Shown here: positions 12,179 through 23,389 of the stretch, piece after piece | How positions within the stretch are numbered: position 1 is the stretch's first letter | Layout: the number at the start of each line of letters is the position of its first letter | Source of the DNA: Octopus sinensis | Lineage: Eukaryota | Length of the DNA stretch: 64,000 nt | Assembly (NCBI RefSeq): GCF_006345805.1 | Contig: NC_043014.1 | Coordinates: forward strand, 7,068,001 to 7,132,000 | Reading direction: 5' to 3' | Made by a program: the position numbers and the translations under genes | The notes under the pieces: generated by a model | What the model was told of the DNA's origin: nothing | Seen by the model: only the letters and a program-made list of their open reading frames with translations | Database searches by the model: none

Positions 12179-13030
12179 AAGGCGGCGAGCTGGCAGAAAC
12201 GTTAGCACGCCGGGTGAAATGCTTAGCGGTATTTCGTCTGTCGTTACGTTCTGAGTTCAAATTCCGCCGAGGTCGACTTTGCCTTTCATCCTTTCGGGGT
12301 CGATAAATTAAGTACCTGTTGCGCACTGGGGTCGATGTAATCGACTTAATACCTATGTCTGTCCTTGTTTGTCCCCTCTGTGTTTAGCCCCTTGTGGGTA
12401 GTAAAGAAATAGATATATTTATTAAGGCGGCGAGCTGGTAGAAACGTTAGCACGGCGGGTGAAATGCTTAGCGGTATTTCGTCAGCCGCTACGTTCTGAG
12501 TTCAAATTCCGCCGAGGTCGACTTTGCCTTTCATCCTTTCGGGGTCAATAAATTAAGTACCAGTTACGCACTGGGGTCGATGTAATCGACTTAATCCGTT
12601 TGTCTGTCCTTGTTTGTCCTCTCTGTGTTTAGCCCCTTGTGCGTAATAAAGAAATAGGTATTTCGTTTGCCGTTACGTTCTGAGATCAAAATTTCGCCGC
12701 GGTCGACTTTGCCTTTCATCCTTTCGGGGTCGATAAATTAAGTACCAGTTACGCACTGGGGTCGATGTAATCGACTTAATCCGTTTGTCTGTCCTTGTTT
12801 GTCCTCTCTGCGTTTAGCCCCCTGTGGGTAGTAAAGAAATAAGTATTTCGTCTGTCGCTACGTTCTGAGTTTCAATTCCGCCGAGGTCGACTTTGCCTTT
12901 CATCCTTTTGGGGGTCGATTAAATAAGTACCAGTTACGCACTGGGGTCGATATAATCGACTTAATCCGTTTGTCTGTCCTTGTTTCTCCTCTCTGTGTTT
13001 AGCCCTTTGTGGGTAGTAAAGAAATAGGTA
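12179..13030 (+). mobile_element. Tandem array of SINE family A (2 headed + 2 headless 185-bp units)
   Basis: Headless units 12658-12842 and 12843-13027 each start GTATTTCGT. Confidence 0.9.
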
Positions 13031-13137
13031 TATTTCTTAACGAAACAACAGACAGAATAACGTTATCTTTTTTCATAATCTTTCTCCTATTTTTTCTTCT
13101 TTTTACTTGTTTCAGTAATTTGACTGCGGCCATGCTG

Positions 13138-13530
13138 GAGCATCGCCTTTTAGTCGAGCAAATCGACCCCCCAACCGGACTTTGTAAGCCTGGTACTTAT
13201 TCTATCGGTATCTTTTGCCGAACCGCTAAGTTACGGGGAAATAAACACACCAGAATCGGTTGTCAAGCGATAGTGAGGGGACAATCACAGATACACAAAC
13301 ACATGCGCCGCGCACACACACACACATCACACACACACATGCACACACACACATACACACACATACACACATACATATATATGACGGGCTTCTTTCAGTT
13401 TCCGTCTACCAAATCCACTCACAAGACTTTAGTCGGCCCGAGGCTATAGTAGAAGACACTTGCCCAAGCTGCCCTGCAGTGGGACTGAACCCGGAACCGT
13501 GTGGAACCAAGCTACTTACCACATAGGCAC
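13138..13530 (-). mobile_element. SINE family B
   Basis: Reverse complement of family B. Confidence 0.85.
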
Positions 13531-13556
13531 TACACGCACACATACACATACATACC

Positions 13557-13605
<49 letters not shown>

Positions 13606-13746
13606 GTAATCCTTTCTACTATAGGCACAAGGCCTGAAATTTTGGGGGAAGGGGCTTGACAATTACACCGACACCAGTGCATAACTGGTACTTCATTTAT
13701 CGACCCTGAAAGACTAAAATGCAAAGTCGACCTAGGCGGAATTACA

Positions 13747-13795
<49 letters not shown>

Positions 13796-13939
13796 GCTGC
13801 TGCTGCTTCACTTACTACTACTACTACTACTACTAATTTCAAAATTTGCCACAAGGGCACCAATTTGTTTTGGTGGGGTCGGGGATGAGTCGATCACATC
13901 GACCCCAGGGTTCGCTGGTACTTATTTTATCGACCGAAT

Positions 13940-14376
13940 TGTGGCTTTGTTAGCACTTTATGCCTCTGTCACTCGGGGGGGGGGCATCGATCGGCTTTCG
14001 TCCCTTCTTCTCTTAGAATACACACCTTAGCTCTGACAATGCAACCTTCGTGTTTAGCGCTGAAGAATTGGTCCAGTACTAATCCCGTGGCCAACCCCTC
14101 GGTCCCAATGCCTGTCCAAGCGCCTCTTCTAAATTACTAACTACTTGCCCTTCTATTTCTTTCTATCACTAATGCCTTACTAATTCAAACTGGTTCTACT
14201 CTAATTGCCCTTTTCAGGGCAAACCACTATCTATTATTGACAATTGTCCCTGCCATTGCCCTCTTAACTAATTACCAAATCTGCACTCTGTAAGCTTGGC
14301 ACGCCGGGAGTGACGCGTTCACCTTCCAGTAACCCGGTCCCTGTCTGTTAAGCCAATCTAGGTCGACCGATAAGGT
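13940..14376 (-). pseudogene. Degraded L1/Tx1-clade ORF2 fragment (post-endonuclease region)
   Basis: Manual translation: LSVDLDWLNRQGPGYWKVNASL...W(F)ALKRAIR...HEGCIVRAKVCILREEGTK, with stops. GPGYWKxNxSL and EGxxVRAR..E.GEK are typical of L1/Tx1 ORF2. Confidence 0.65.
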
Positions 14377-14819
14377 CACAAAGTCTGTGTTTAGCCCCTT
14401 GTGGGCAATAAAGAAATAGGTATTGGTGTGGCTGCTGTCGGGGATGGTATCTATTGTGTGTGTGTTCTCAAAGGCTGATCACACCTGCCAGATTTTTGCG
14501 TCATTGTCGGTGTGTTTTCATTTCTTCTTCTTTTGTTAGACCTAACGACTTTTTGCCATCTAGGCTCTTCGCCCTCCTACTCAACATAGGACATGCTTGA
14601 CTGAAATACTCGGTTTCACGGAAAAAAAAAAGATCAAAAGAAACTGATACGGATTCTCCAAATCCAATCTATAAGTGGAACAATGAAGATTTGTTAGATA
14701 TACCAAAGATACTCCATCTTTTAGGTCAGCGATTCTACGCCACATCCTTCGTGTCCGATGTCATCACTTTGTCTCCAACAATTCGGTATGACACCAGTGC
14801 GAAATCACCCTCCCTCCGA

Positions 14820-14919
14820 NNNNNNNNNNNNNNNNNNNNNNNNNNNNNNNNNNNNNNNNNNNNNNNNNNNNNNNNNNNNNNNNNNNNNNNNNNNNNNNNN
14901 NNNNNNNNNNNNNNNNNNN
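14820..14919. other. Assembly gap (100 N)
   Basis: Run of 100 N. Confidence 1.
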
Positions 14920-15332
14920 ATATATATATATATATATATATATATCACCGTGACCACCGTGACCGACCAGGCTATCAGATGTTGCTACACTCGCTCGCTG
15001 TCACAATGCGCTTGCATTGTTTTTAGCCTTCAAATGACGCCAGCCCGCTGGCTAAGCGAGCAGGCCAATATAATATATATATATAATTAATAATAATAAT
15101 AATATTAAGGAGTAAATCCAAACTTACAGGCAAAAATTAAATTTAAGATTAAATCTAATTTTATAGTATAAATATATATCATATTATATTAAATTAGAGA
15201 TAAAACCACTATTAGGCAAATCAAACAGTGAAAATCATAAGCCAATGCATAGAAATAAAATTAATTAAAGAAATATAAAATATAAAATATAAAAATGTTA
15301 AAAATAATTTACATATTTAAACTTATAAATTT

Positions 15333-15367
<35 letters not shown>

Positions 15368-15446
15368 TTTTTTTCATTTTTTTTTATAAATTATATAACT
15401 ATCAAAAAGTATTAAAAGTTTAATATAAGATAAATAGTAAAAACAC

Positions 15447-15534
15447 TACGATCGTTTCATGCCCGTAACCAATTCGAATAACAATAATTTAAATTCAATT
15501 AATAATTCGAATTATGGTTACAGTCAATCTTCAG
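15447..15534 (-). ncRNA. Hammerhead-ribozyme-like motif (left arm of fold-back)
   Basis: Minus strand CTGAAGA-ttgactGTAACC...(long loop)...GGTTACgggcat-GAAAC-GATC-GTA. Confidence 0.5.
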
Positions 15535-15855
15535 GTTAATTGTATTATTTTAATAAATAATCAGATATTTAAACAATATTTTTAAGAAAAAATAATATAA
15601 TAATTTTACTTATAAAAAACTCTATTATCAAACTAGAAACTTAACGATTATGATTATGATATTAGTTTATTGGTGGGTTTCTTACGTTAAAAATTAAAAT
15701 TAATATTTAACATTATAATCGATGTTTTGATATAATCATAATCGTTAAGTTTCTAGTTTGACAATAGAGTTTTTTATAAGTAAAATTATTATATTATTTA
15801 TTTCTTAAAAATATTGTTTAAATATTTCTCATTATTTATTAAAATATAACAATTA

Positions 15856-15921
15856 ACCTGAAGATTGACTGTAACCATAATTCGAATTATTAATTGGTTA
15901 CGGGCATGAAACGATCGTAGT
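15856..15921 (+). ncRNA. Hammerhead-ribozyme-like motif (right arm of fold-back)
   Basis: CTGAAGA 15858-15864, stem II GTAACCA/TGGTTAC, GAAAC 15908-15912, palindromic ACGATCGT, GTA triplet 15917-15919; stem I only 2 bp. Confidence 0.55.
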
Positions 15922-16523
15922 GTTTTTACTCTTTATCTTATATTAAACTTTTAATACTTTTTGATAGTTATATAATTTATAAAAAAATAAATAATAAAAA
16001 ATAAAAATTAGAAAAATTAATTAATTAATTAAATTAAATTAAATAATAATAATAAAATAAATATATATATATATATTTAAAATTTATAAGTTTAAATTAT
16101 TTAAATATTTTTTTAGATTTTAACTTTAATTTAATATTTTAAATTGGAGAATTTTATATTTTTTAATATTTTATATTTTATATTTTTTTTAATTAATTTA
16201 TTTCTATGTATTGGCTTATGATTTTCACTGTTTGATTTGCCTAATAGTGGTTTTATCTCTAATTTAATAGAATATATGTATATATATATATATTAGAAGA
16301 AATGAGGTACTCAGAAAATCGGATGGTTTATATTTACAGATATTTATTTGTATATTACATTTTTTATACATCATATAACTTAGATCATGTATTATCGCTT
16401 TCTCCCATTCTAGTGGGGGTTTTCAAATCAAACTAAGTTCCTGTGTGAAAAGTTTGACCATTTTATAGTGGTATTGAGTTTGTAGTATATATATACATAT
16501 ATGTTATATACATATCATATATC

Positions 16524-16586
<63 letters not shown>

Positions 16587-16860
16587 GACATACATACACA
16601 CAATACATTATATATATATATATATATATATCTATATATATATATATATTAATATATTTATATATATATATATATATTATATATTCAAAGTTTTAAAGAT
16701 GTTTTAGTTGTTGAAAAGATTTATTGAAAAAAATCGCAATAATTATGCATCAACTTAATATATATATAGCTGGAATTTACAAAAACAAATAATAACAAAA
16801 GACGAAGACGGGTGTGTAAACAACAAATATATATTAGTGTAACGCTCGGGAAGTGAGGAA

Positions 16861-16898
16861 GTCTTTTACGTTTCGAGCCTACGCTCTTCATCGGAAAG
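16861..16898 (-). ncRNA. Minimal hammerhead-like motif in a dispersed repeat (related copy at 40848-40884)
   Basis: Minus strand cttt-CCGATGA-a-GAGC-gtag-GCTC-GAAAC-GTA-aaag; stem I CUUU/AAAG. Confidence 0.5.
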
Positions 16899-17215
16899 GA
16901 ACACAGAAATAAGCAAGGAGATAAAGGCAAAACAAGGTGAAGAATAATAGTAGTCTAAGTTCGAGCAATAAGAAGAATGATCATGATTTCATTCAGTATT
17001 CATCACAAGTGTCCGACGAATGGGAACGTAGATCACGGAGTAAACGTTTTATGAAAATTTTGCAGTTTGTGCGTGTCTGTGTGTGTGTGTGTGTGTGTAT
17101 ACATACGTACGTATGTATGTGTCTATACGTATATGTATATATATATATGAATGTATGTAGTGTACATATATATATATATATATGTGAGTGTGTGTGTGTG
17201 AATATATTTGGATGC

Positions 17216-17264
<49 letters not shown>

Positions 17265-17271
<7 letters not shown>

Positions 17272-17560
17272 ATCACGTGACCGACCAGACCATCAGATGT
17301 TGTTACACATCGCTGGTCACAATGCGTTCGCATTGTTTTTTTTACCCTTCGAATGACGCCACCCCGCTGGCTAAGCGAGCAGGCCAACAGAAGAAAGAGT
17401 GGTGAAAGAGTACAGCAGGGATCACCACCCCTTGCCGGAGACTCGTGGAGCTTTTAGGTGTTTTCACCCAATAAACATACACAACGCCCGGTCTGGGAAT
17501 TCGAAACCGCGATCCTGCGACCGCGAGTCCGCTGCCCTAACCACTAGGCCATTGCACCTC
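17265..17560 (-). mobile_element. SINE family C (tail type 2)
   Basis: Family C head, tail ...GCATTGTGACCAGCGATGTGTAACAACATCTGATGGTCTGGTCGGTCACGTGATCACGTGA. Partial copy at 14940-15068. Confidence 0.85.
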
Positions 17561-17570
17561 CATATATATA

Positions 17571-17660
<90 letters not shown>

Positions 17661-17743
17661 TGCGCATGCATAGTACAAACGTACATATTTATGTGTGCAT
17701 GTGTGTGAGCGCGCGTATATATATAAAATATATAATATATATA

Positions 17744-17792
<49 letters not shown>

Positions 17793-17833
17793 TATATTCT
17801 TCCTACGTCTTCCCTTCTTTTGGACTTTCCTCT

Positions 17834-17868
17834 ATTTCTGAATATGAGCTTTGCTCGAAACGTTAAAT
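17834..17868 (+). ncRNA. Degenerate hammerhead-like motif
   Basis: attt-CTGAATA-t-GAGC-ttt-GCTC-GAAAC-GTT-aaat; core G8 mutated. Confidence 0.35.
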
Positions 17869-17929
17869 CCTCTTTCTTTCCTTTCCTGAGCGTCTGATAA
17901 TACATTACTATCTTGGAAGTTCATGTTGG

Positions 17930-18735
17930 TGTTATGCCTAGTGTGCCATATATTTGGTTTTGTACATAGTTTTGTTCTAGAGAATGTTTAAGAAATCATA
18001 AGAAAATTAATGTTTGTTTTTAAACTTGAGATTAATTGAAAGTATTTTGCGTAGGATTTGGGCAGTTCCCATGAGCACTATCTTTTGAATTTCTACCATT
18101 TGGGGTTTCCTGGTATCTGATCTAGGTAGCAATCAGCCCTTTTTGCTACCATTCCCAGGGCACCTATGACAACAGGTATTGTTTTAGTCTTCAGGTTCCA
18201 CATTTTGCTAATTTCTATTTCAAGATCTTTATATTTGCTCAGTTTTCTATCGATTGGGACAGTCACATCAATGAGGAGGCATGATTTTTGACTGAAGTCT
18301 TTCAATATATGTCTGGCCTATTTGCATCTATCTTTCTGTCAGTTTGAATGGTTAAGATCCAGAGGAGTGAGATGTGATCATTTTCAAGCACTGGAGGTGT
18401 TTTGTGTTCCCACCAGTTTTTATCATGGGGCAAGTCCAGGCTTTTGCAAATTACCCAGTTAATATATTGTGCAGTTCTATCAAGCCTGTTGAGATACTCT
18501 GTAGGCGCAAGAAGACTGCTCATGGAGACAACATGATCAATGGTTTCATTTTGTTGTTGACATACACGACATGTTGGGCTACTGCCGTTCTTTAATATGT
18601 TGGCCTGGTAGTTTCTTGTTGGTAGGCATTGATCTTGAGCTGTTATGATAAACCCTTCTGTTTCGGATTTTAAGCCAGAGGTCAATAGCCATTGATGGGT
18701 AAAGGCTTTGTCAACATCGGCATTATTCGTTCTTT
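17930..18735 (-). pseudogene. 3' part of an R4/Dong-like RLE non-LTR retrotransposon (CCHC knuckle + RLE)
   Basis: GLKSETEGFIITAQDQCLPTRNY...CRVCQQQNETIDHVVS...DRKIDANRPDI / LLIDVTVP...KYKDL...PVVIGALG; 5' truncation abuts (AAT)n. Confidence 0.8.
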
Positions 18736-18740
18736 CGTTC

Positions 18741-18813
<73 letters not shown>

Positions 18814-18879
18814 TTATTATTATATTATTATTATTATCATTTTTATTAATTTTATCATTATTATTATTTATGAACATTG

Positions 18880-19575
18880 CCAGACGAGCGAAACAATAAG
18901 TTGGTTTTCGTATTTTGTATTTTATTGTTATCTATTGTACATATATTTTTATCATAATTGTCCTTATCTCTGTTCTTTCTAGGTCCTTTAAATCTTCTGT
19001 TGCCACGAGTATCTCCAATGTTATTCGAATAACTGTAGTCCACATTTGGCGCATAATACTTCAACCTCTGGTTATACCCAGCTTTATTAACTGCCATGTT
19101 ATAATAGCCTGCGCTTTTGTTTAAAATATCTTTACTACATGATAGATTTGATATTATTCTATATATATATATCGTAAGCTAAAGAATTTTTTGCTGGAAT
19201 CAGGATCATTACATCGAATATTTATATATTTCAGATAGGAATTAGGCGTGTGGTATGGTCCATAGTTGCCAGTAATGAGGTTTAGGTTATCAACTGAAAA
19301 GTTTACTGATTCATGCTCATTTGCAAAAATTATAGAGAGTTCAAAATTTTTTAAATTATATTTTTTTTTTGTACGACACTAATTTTAACTAAATTTGTTT
19401 CTAAGAGTAAAAAGGGCATCAACTCTTTATAAATTTTCAGCAAGTTCGGGAAAATCCCTACCCAAGATAAGTAAAATACAAATACCTACAATATCCGTAA
19501 CCTGCGCGGACTCGGCAGAACCCATAGCAACATCAAAGCCATCACAACTACCATTTTTAATCCAATATTGGTTTT
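18880..19575 (-). pseudogene. Penelope-like element reverse transcriptase remnant
   Basis: Manual translation: FDVAMGSAESAQVTDIVGICIL...NL*RVDAL (decayed YRDD) ...VNFSVDNLNLITGNYGPYHTPNSYLKYINIRCNDP...AGYYNMAVNKAGY. Matches the PLE RT motif series FDVTMGS / LYRDD / VNFLDVTLNL..YxPY..PN..YIN..SNHP. Confidence 0.75.
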
Positions 19576-19580
19576 GAAAC

Positions 19581-19798
19581 GAAGGCGACGAGCTGGCAAA
19601 AACGTTAGCACGCCGGGCGAAATGTTAGCGGTATTTCGTCTGTTTTTATGTTCTGAGTTCAAATTCCGCTGAGGTCGACTTTGCCTTTCACCATTTCGGA
19701 GTCGATAAATTAAGTACCAGTTGCGTACTAAGGTCGATTTGATCGATTGGCCCCCATCCCACAAATTTCGAGCCTTGTGCCTAGAGTAGAAACGAATA
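19581..19798 (+). mobile_element. SINE family A, alternative tail
   Basis: Family A head/body then CCCCATCCCACAAATTTCGAGCCTTGTGCCTAGAGTAGAAA. Confidence 0.8.
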
Positions 19799-19911
19799 TT
19801 GGCTTCCAAATTCAATGACTATTTTTCTGACAACTTAAATAACGTTAAGTTTTTCAATACTTAGATTTGAGTTGTTTCTCGCAAACAATACACACGCGCA
19901 CGCACATATAT

Positions 19912-19977
<66 letters not shown>

Positions 19978-20001
19978 AAATAATACGTGACAATTATTCG
20001 G

Positions 20002-20075
20002 TAGCCAAGATAAAACTCTGAGTTTCGGATGCCGAGGTGGAAATCCACAACACCATCTCTTCGGTTATCTAGCCA
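20002..20075 (-). ncRNA. Type I hammerhead-ribozyme-like motif
   Basis: Minus strand tggctAGATAA-CCGAAGA-GATG..GTGGatttCCAC..CATC-c-GAAAC-TCAGA-GTT-TTATCTtggcta; extended stem I and branched stem II. Confidence 0.6.
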
Positions 20076-20790
20076 TCTGAAAAAACGCTATGAAAAACGA
20101 CCGTTATACAAAGGGAAATTACTGTGTTATAAGTCCACTACTTATATAAAAGCGCTAATCAAATGACCGCTAATTGAAATAAGGTTAAAAGTTCATAGTA
20201 AACACGTAAACATGCCTGCTCATACGCATACATGTGCGCTCGTGCACCCACCTGCGTACGTATACATCACTATGAAAACGTACACATCTTCACTCGCATT
20301 TTTCGCCAAATGTATATGCATATATATACAAACTCATACGCACACACGCACACCGTAAAAGTTCATACATACGTCTACATACGCACAAGCACAAGAAAAG
20401 ACATGGATAAGGGTAACTATACAGAAAAAAGCATAAGGAAATATACAAAGTGTAAACCACGTTTATATACGGACATACCATTATGCACGCACACACACAC
20501 ACGCCCGTATATGTACATACCCGCACAAGTTTATATACGCACACATGCACAAAAAAGGATTATACATACGCCCAAAAAAAAACGAAAAATATTGTAAAAA
20601 TACTGAGTAAAAACGTCTATATATATGTATTCCTATGCCCGCAGTTTTTTTTTATGCTAGACCACTGGTATGAAATCGATGTTAAATAAATTAATATCTA
20701 ATTTCTCACCTTTATTTTAAATTCAAAATTAAATTAATAAGTTCTCTAACCGGCAAAGGCCGCTGTAGTAAAGTATTATCTGCAACATTA

Positions 20791-21210
20791 TAGGCACAGG
20801 AGTGGCTGTGTGGTAAGTAGCTTGTTTACCAACCACATGGTTCCAGGTTCAGTCCCACTGCGTGGCACCTTGGGCAAGTGTCTTCTACTATAGCCTCGGG
20901 CCGACCAAAGCCTTGTGAGTGGATTTGGTAGACGGAAACTGAAAGAAGCCCGTCGTATATATGTATATATATGTATATATATGCGTGTGTGTGTTTCTGT
21001 GTCTGTGTTTGTCCCCCTAGCGTTGCTTGACAACCGATGCTGGTGTGTTTATGTCCCCGTTACTTAGCGGTTCGGCAAATGAGACCGATAGAATAAGTAC
21101 TGGGCTTACAAAAGAATAAGTCCCGGGGTCGAGTTGCTTGATTAAAGGCGGTGTTCCAGCATGGCCGCAGTCAAATGACTGAAACAAGTAAAAGAGAAAA
21201 GAGAATGAGA
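20791..21210 (+). mobile_element. SINE family B
   Basis: Full-length match. Confidence 0.9.
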
Positions 21211-22305
21211 AAAGAGCATCAGTTATTACGGTAATTTAGCGCGCCAAAACGAGGACATTTGAAATAGTAGCCACGAGTGTAATGGGTAGGACTGTTTTAC
21301 AAGTCTGACTTTGTGCGGACGTCCTAGTATGCAGTCCTGCAAATTATCTTCACCTTGGACGGTCGTACCGATGATCTACGGACAATTACGTAAGTTACGT
21401 AAGTAAGATTGCGTAATTTGTTGATAACAAAACATGTATACGAATAATCCATATTTTTATTACTTTTTCTTTTGTCTTGCTTCATTACGTTTTGGTTGTT
21501 TTGCTAAAAAAATTTTGAGAACATTTCTTAGTGGTGAGACCATAGCGGATCTATTTCTAGCATATGGGTGTCCACATAGTGGTTTCCCTCTAATATATAT
21601 ATTATACAGTTGTACTGAACCTTCAGTTTTTTTATGCTAGACCACTGGTGTGAAATCGATTTTAAATTAATATCTAATATCTAATTTCTCACCCTTATTT
21701 TAAATTTAAAATTATATATATATATACATAATTGACATAGGATAAAATTTTTTTCGGGAAAAAATTTTATCAATGGCCAGCATATCAAAAAATGCCTTTA
21801 AAGGTAAAATTTATACATAATTTACAAGATAAGGGCAGAAGAAAAATTCTAATGCCAGATACGCCGAAACAAAAAACTTGTCGATAACCATTAAATTTAT
21901 GCGTCTCGGTTTGTTTCGAGACGCATAAATTTGATGGTTATATACATGTGCGTGTAAAATATATATACATATATATGAATGTATTTATGTGTGTATGTAT
22001 GTATATACGAAAAGTGTTTGTTTCATATTTCATGATTTTACATTCCGATTCCCTGTTTTGTTGTATTTCTTCTATTGCAGGTCAACTTTGGTCGTGTAAA
22101 CCAACTCTGAAAACCATTCAAATCATCTTCGTATCCATCTCCGTACACATCAAAACACGAAGATGAGACTGCTGATACAGATGGTGTGGAATTAAGAGTG
22201 AAGATGGAATTCCCATTATTATCAATATCATAAAAGTGTTTTAGCTCTATCTAACCAAGAGGAACGGTATTATGATGTAATTTAGCCAGGACTTAATTAT
22301 TTTAA

Positions 22306-23220
22306 GTGTATAAGACCAACATCATGGGTCAGGCTACATCGGACATTCCATACATACTTATTGGAGACCACAGACTACAGGAGGTGGAGAAGTTTACCTA
22401 TCTTGGCTCTACCGTCACCTACAACATATCCCTTGATGCTGAGCTCAATATACGCATTGGCAAGGCAGCTGCTGTGATGGCACGACACTCCAAACGATCA
22501 TGGGACAACAATAAGCTGACCAAGACCACAAAAATGAAGATTTACCAGGCATGTGTACTCAGCACTCTACTGTATGGAAGCGAGACCTGGACGCTATACA
22601 CACGCCAAGAGCGTCGCCTAAACATCTTTCACCTGCGCTGCCTCCGAAAAATCCTCCACATCAAATGGCAGAATCATATCCCCAACAAAGATGTCCTCAG
22701 GCAAGCAGGAATACCAAGCATGTTTGCACTCCTCACGCAAAGACGTATGAGATGGCTTGGGCATGTTAGCCGTATGAAAGATGGCAGAATCCCCAAGGAC
22801 ATACACCACGGAGATCTTGCTAGGAGCACTAGGTCTGTGAGAAGACCGTTCTTACCATACAAGGATGTTTGCAAAGGGGACATGAAGGCCTGCAACATCA
22901 ATATTACCAACTGGGAAGCAGTTGCCAGCAACCGTAGAGATTGGCGACTTACAGTAAAAGAGGGAACGCAAAGGAGAGACAGAGAGAGAGGGGAGAAATG
23001 GAAAGACAAGAAATGACGTCAACAACAAACTATGACATTATAACCAGCCAGGCAAAGTCTTCGCTACATTTGCGGCACCTGCCAGAGGGAGTGTTTGTCC
23101 AGGATAGGACTACACAGCCACAGCAGGAAATGTATCAGGACATGAAATGTAAAAGCCGGACTAGATTATTTTATGCGCAACTCCATTGTCTCCCGAGACA
23201 AAAAGGATGCCAACAACAAT
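22306..23220 (+). pseudogene. 5'-truncated RTE-clade LINE (RT C-terminus, C2H2 knuckle, 3' tail)
   Basis: LQEVEKFTYLGS...LNIRIGKAAA...YQACVLSTLLYGSETW...FHLRCLRKILHIKWQ...RRMRWLGHVSRMKDGRIPK; downstream YICGTCQRECLSRIGLHSHSRKC. Confidence 0.9.
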
Positions 23221-23389
23221 AAACCAGATAAAACAGTTTAACAAATATGGTATTAGCTTAACGCTTTAATGAAAAGAAAAAGTTTTGCTCCGTTTCGAAC
23301 GTAAATTCTTCAACGGAAGAAAGAAAAATGCCGACTCAGTGAAAGGGAGAGAGAGGATAAAAAAGAACAGGGAGGATGGTAGTATCTGC

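Larger units (their letters stand above)
15181..16275. repeat. ~1.1-kb AT-rich fold-back (inverted repeat, ~75-bp spacer)
   Basis: 15181-15657 is the imperfect reverse complement of 15732-16275 (e.g. ATAAAACCACTATTAGGCAAATCAAACAGTG / CACTGTTTGATTTGCCTAATAGTGGTTTTAT). Confidence 0.9.

Noticed and set aside
17265-17280. Tandem E-box palindrome TCACGTGATCACGTGA as a regulatory site
   Set aside because: It is the reiterated 3' tail of a SINE; there is no evidence of a nearby promoter.
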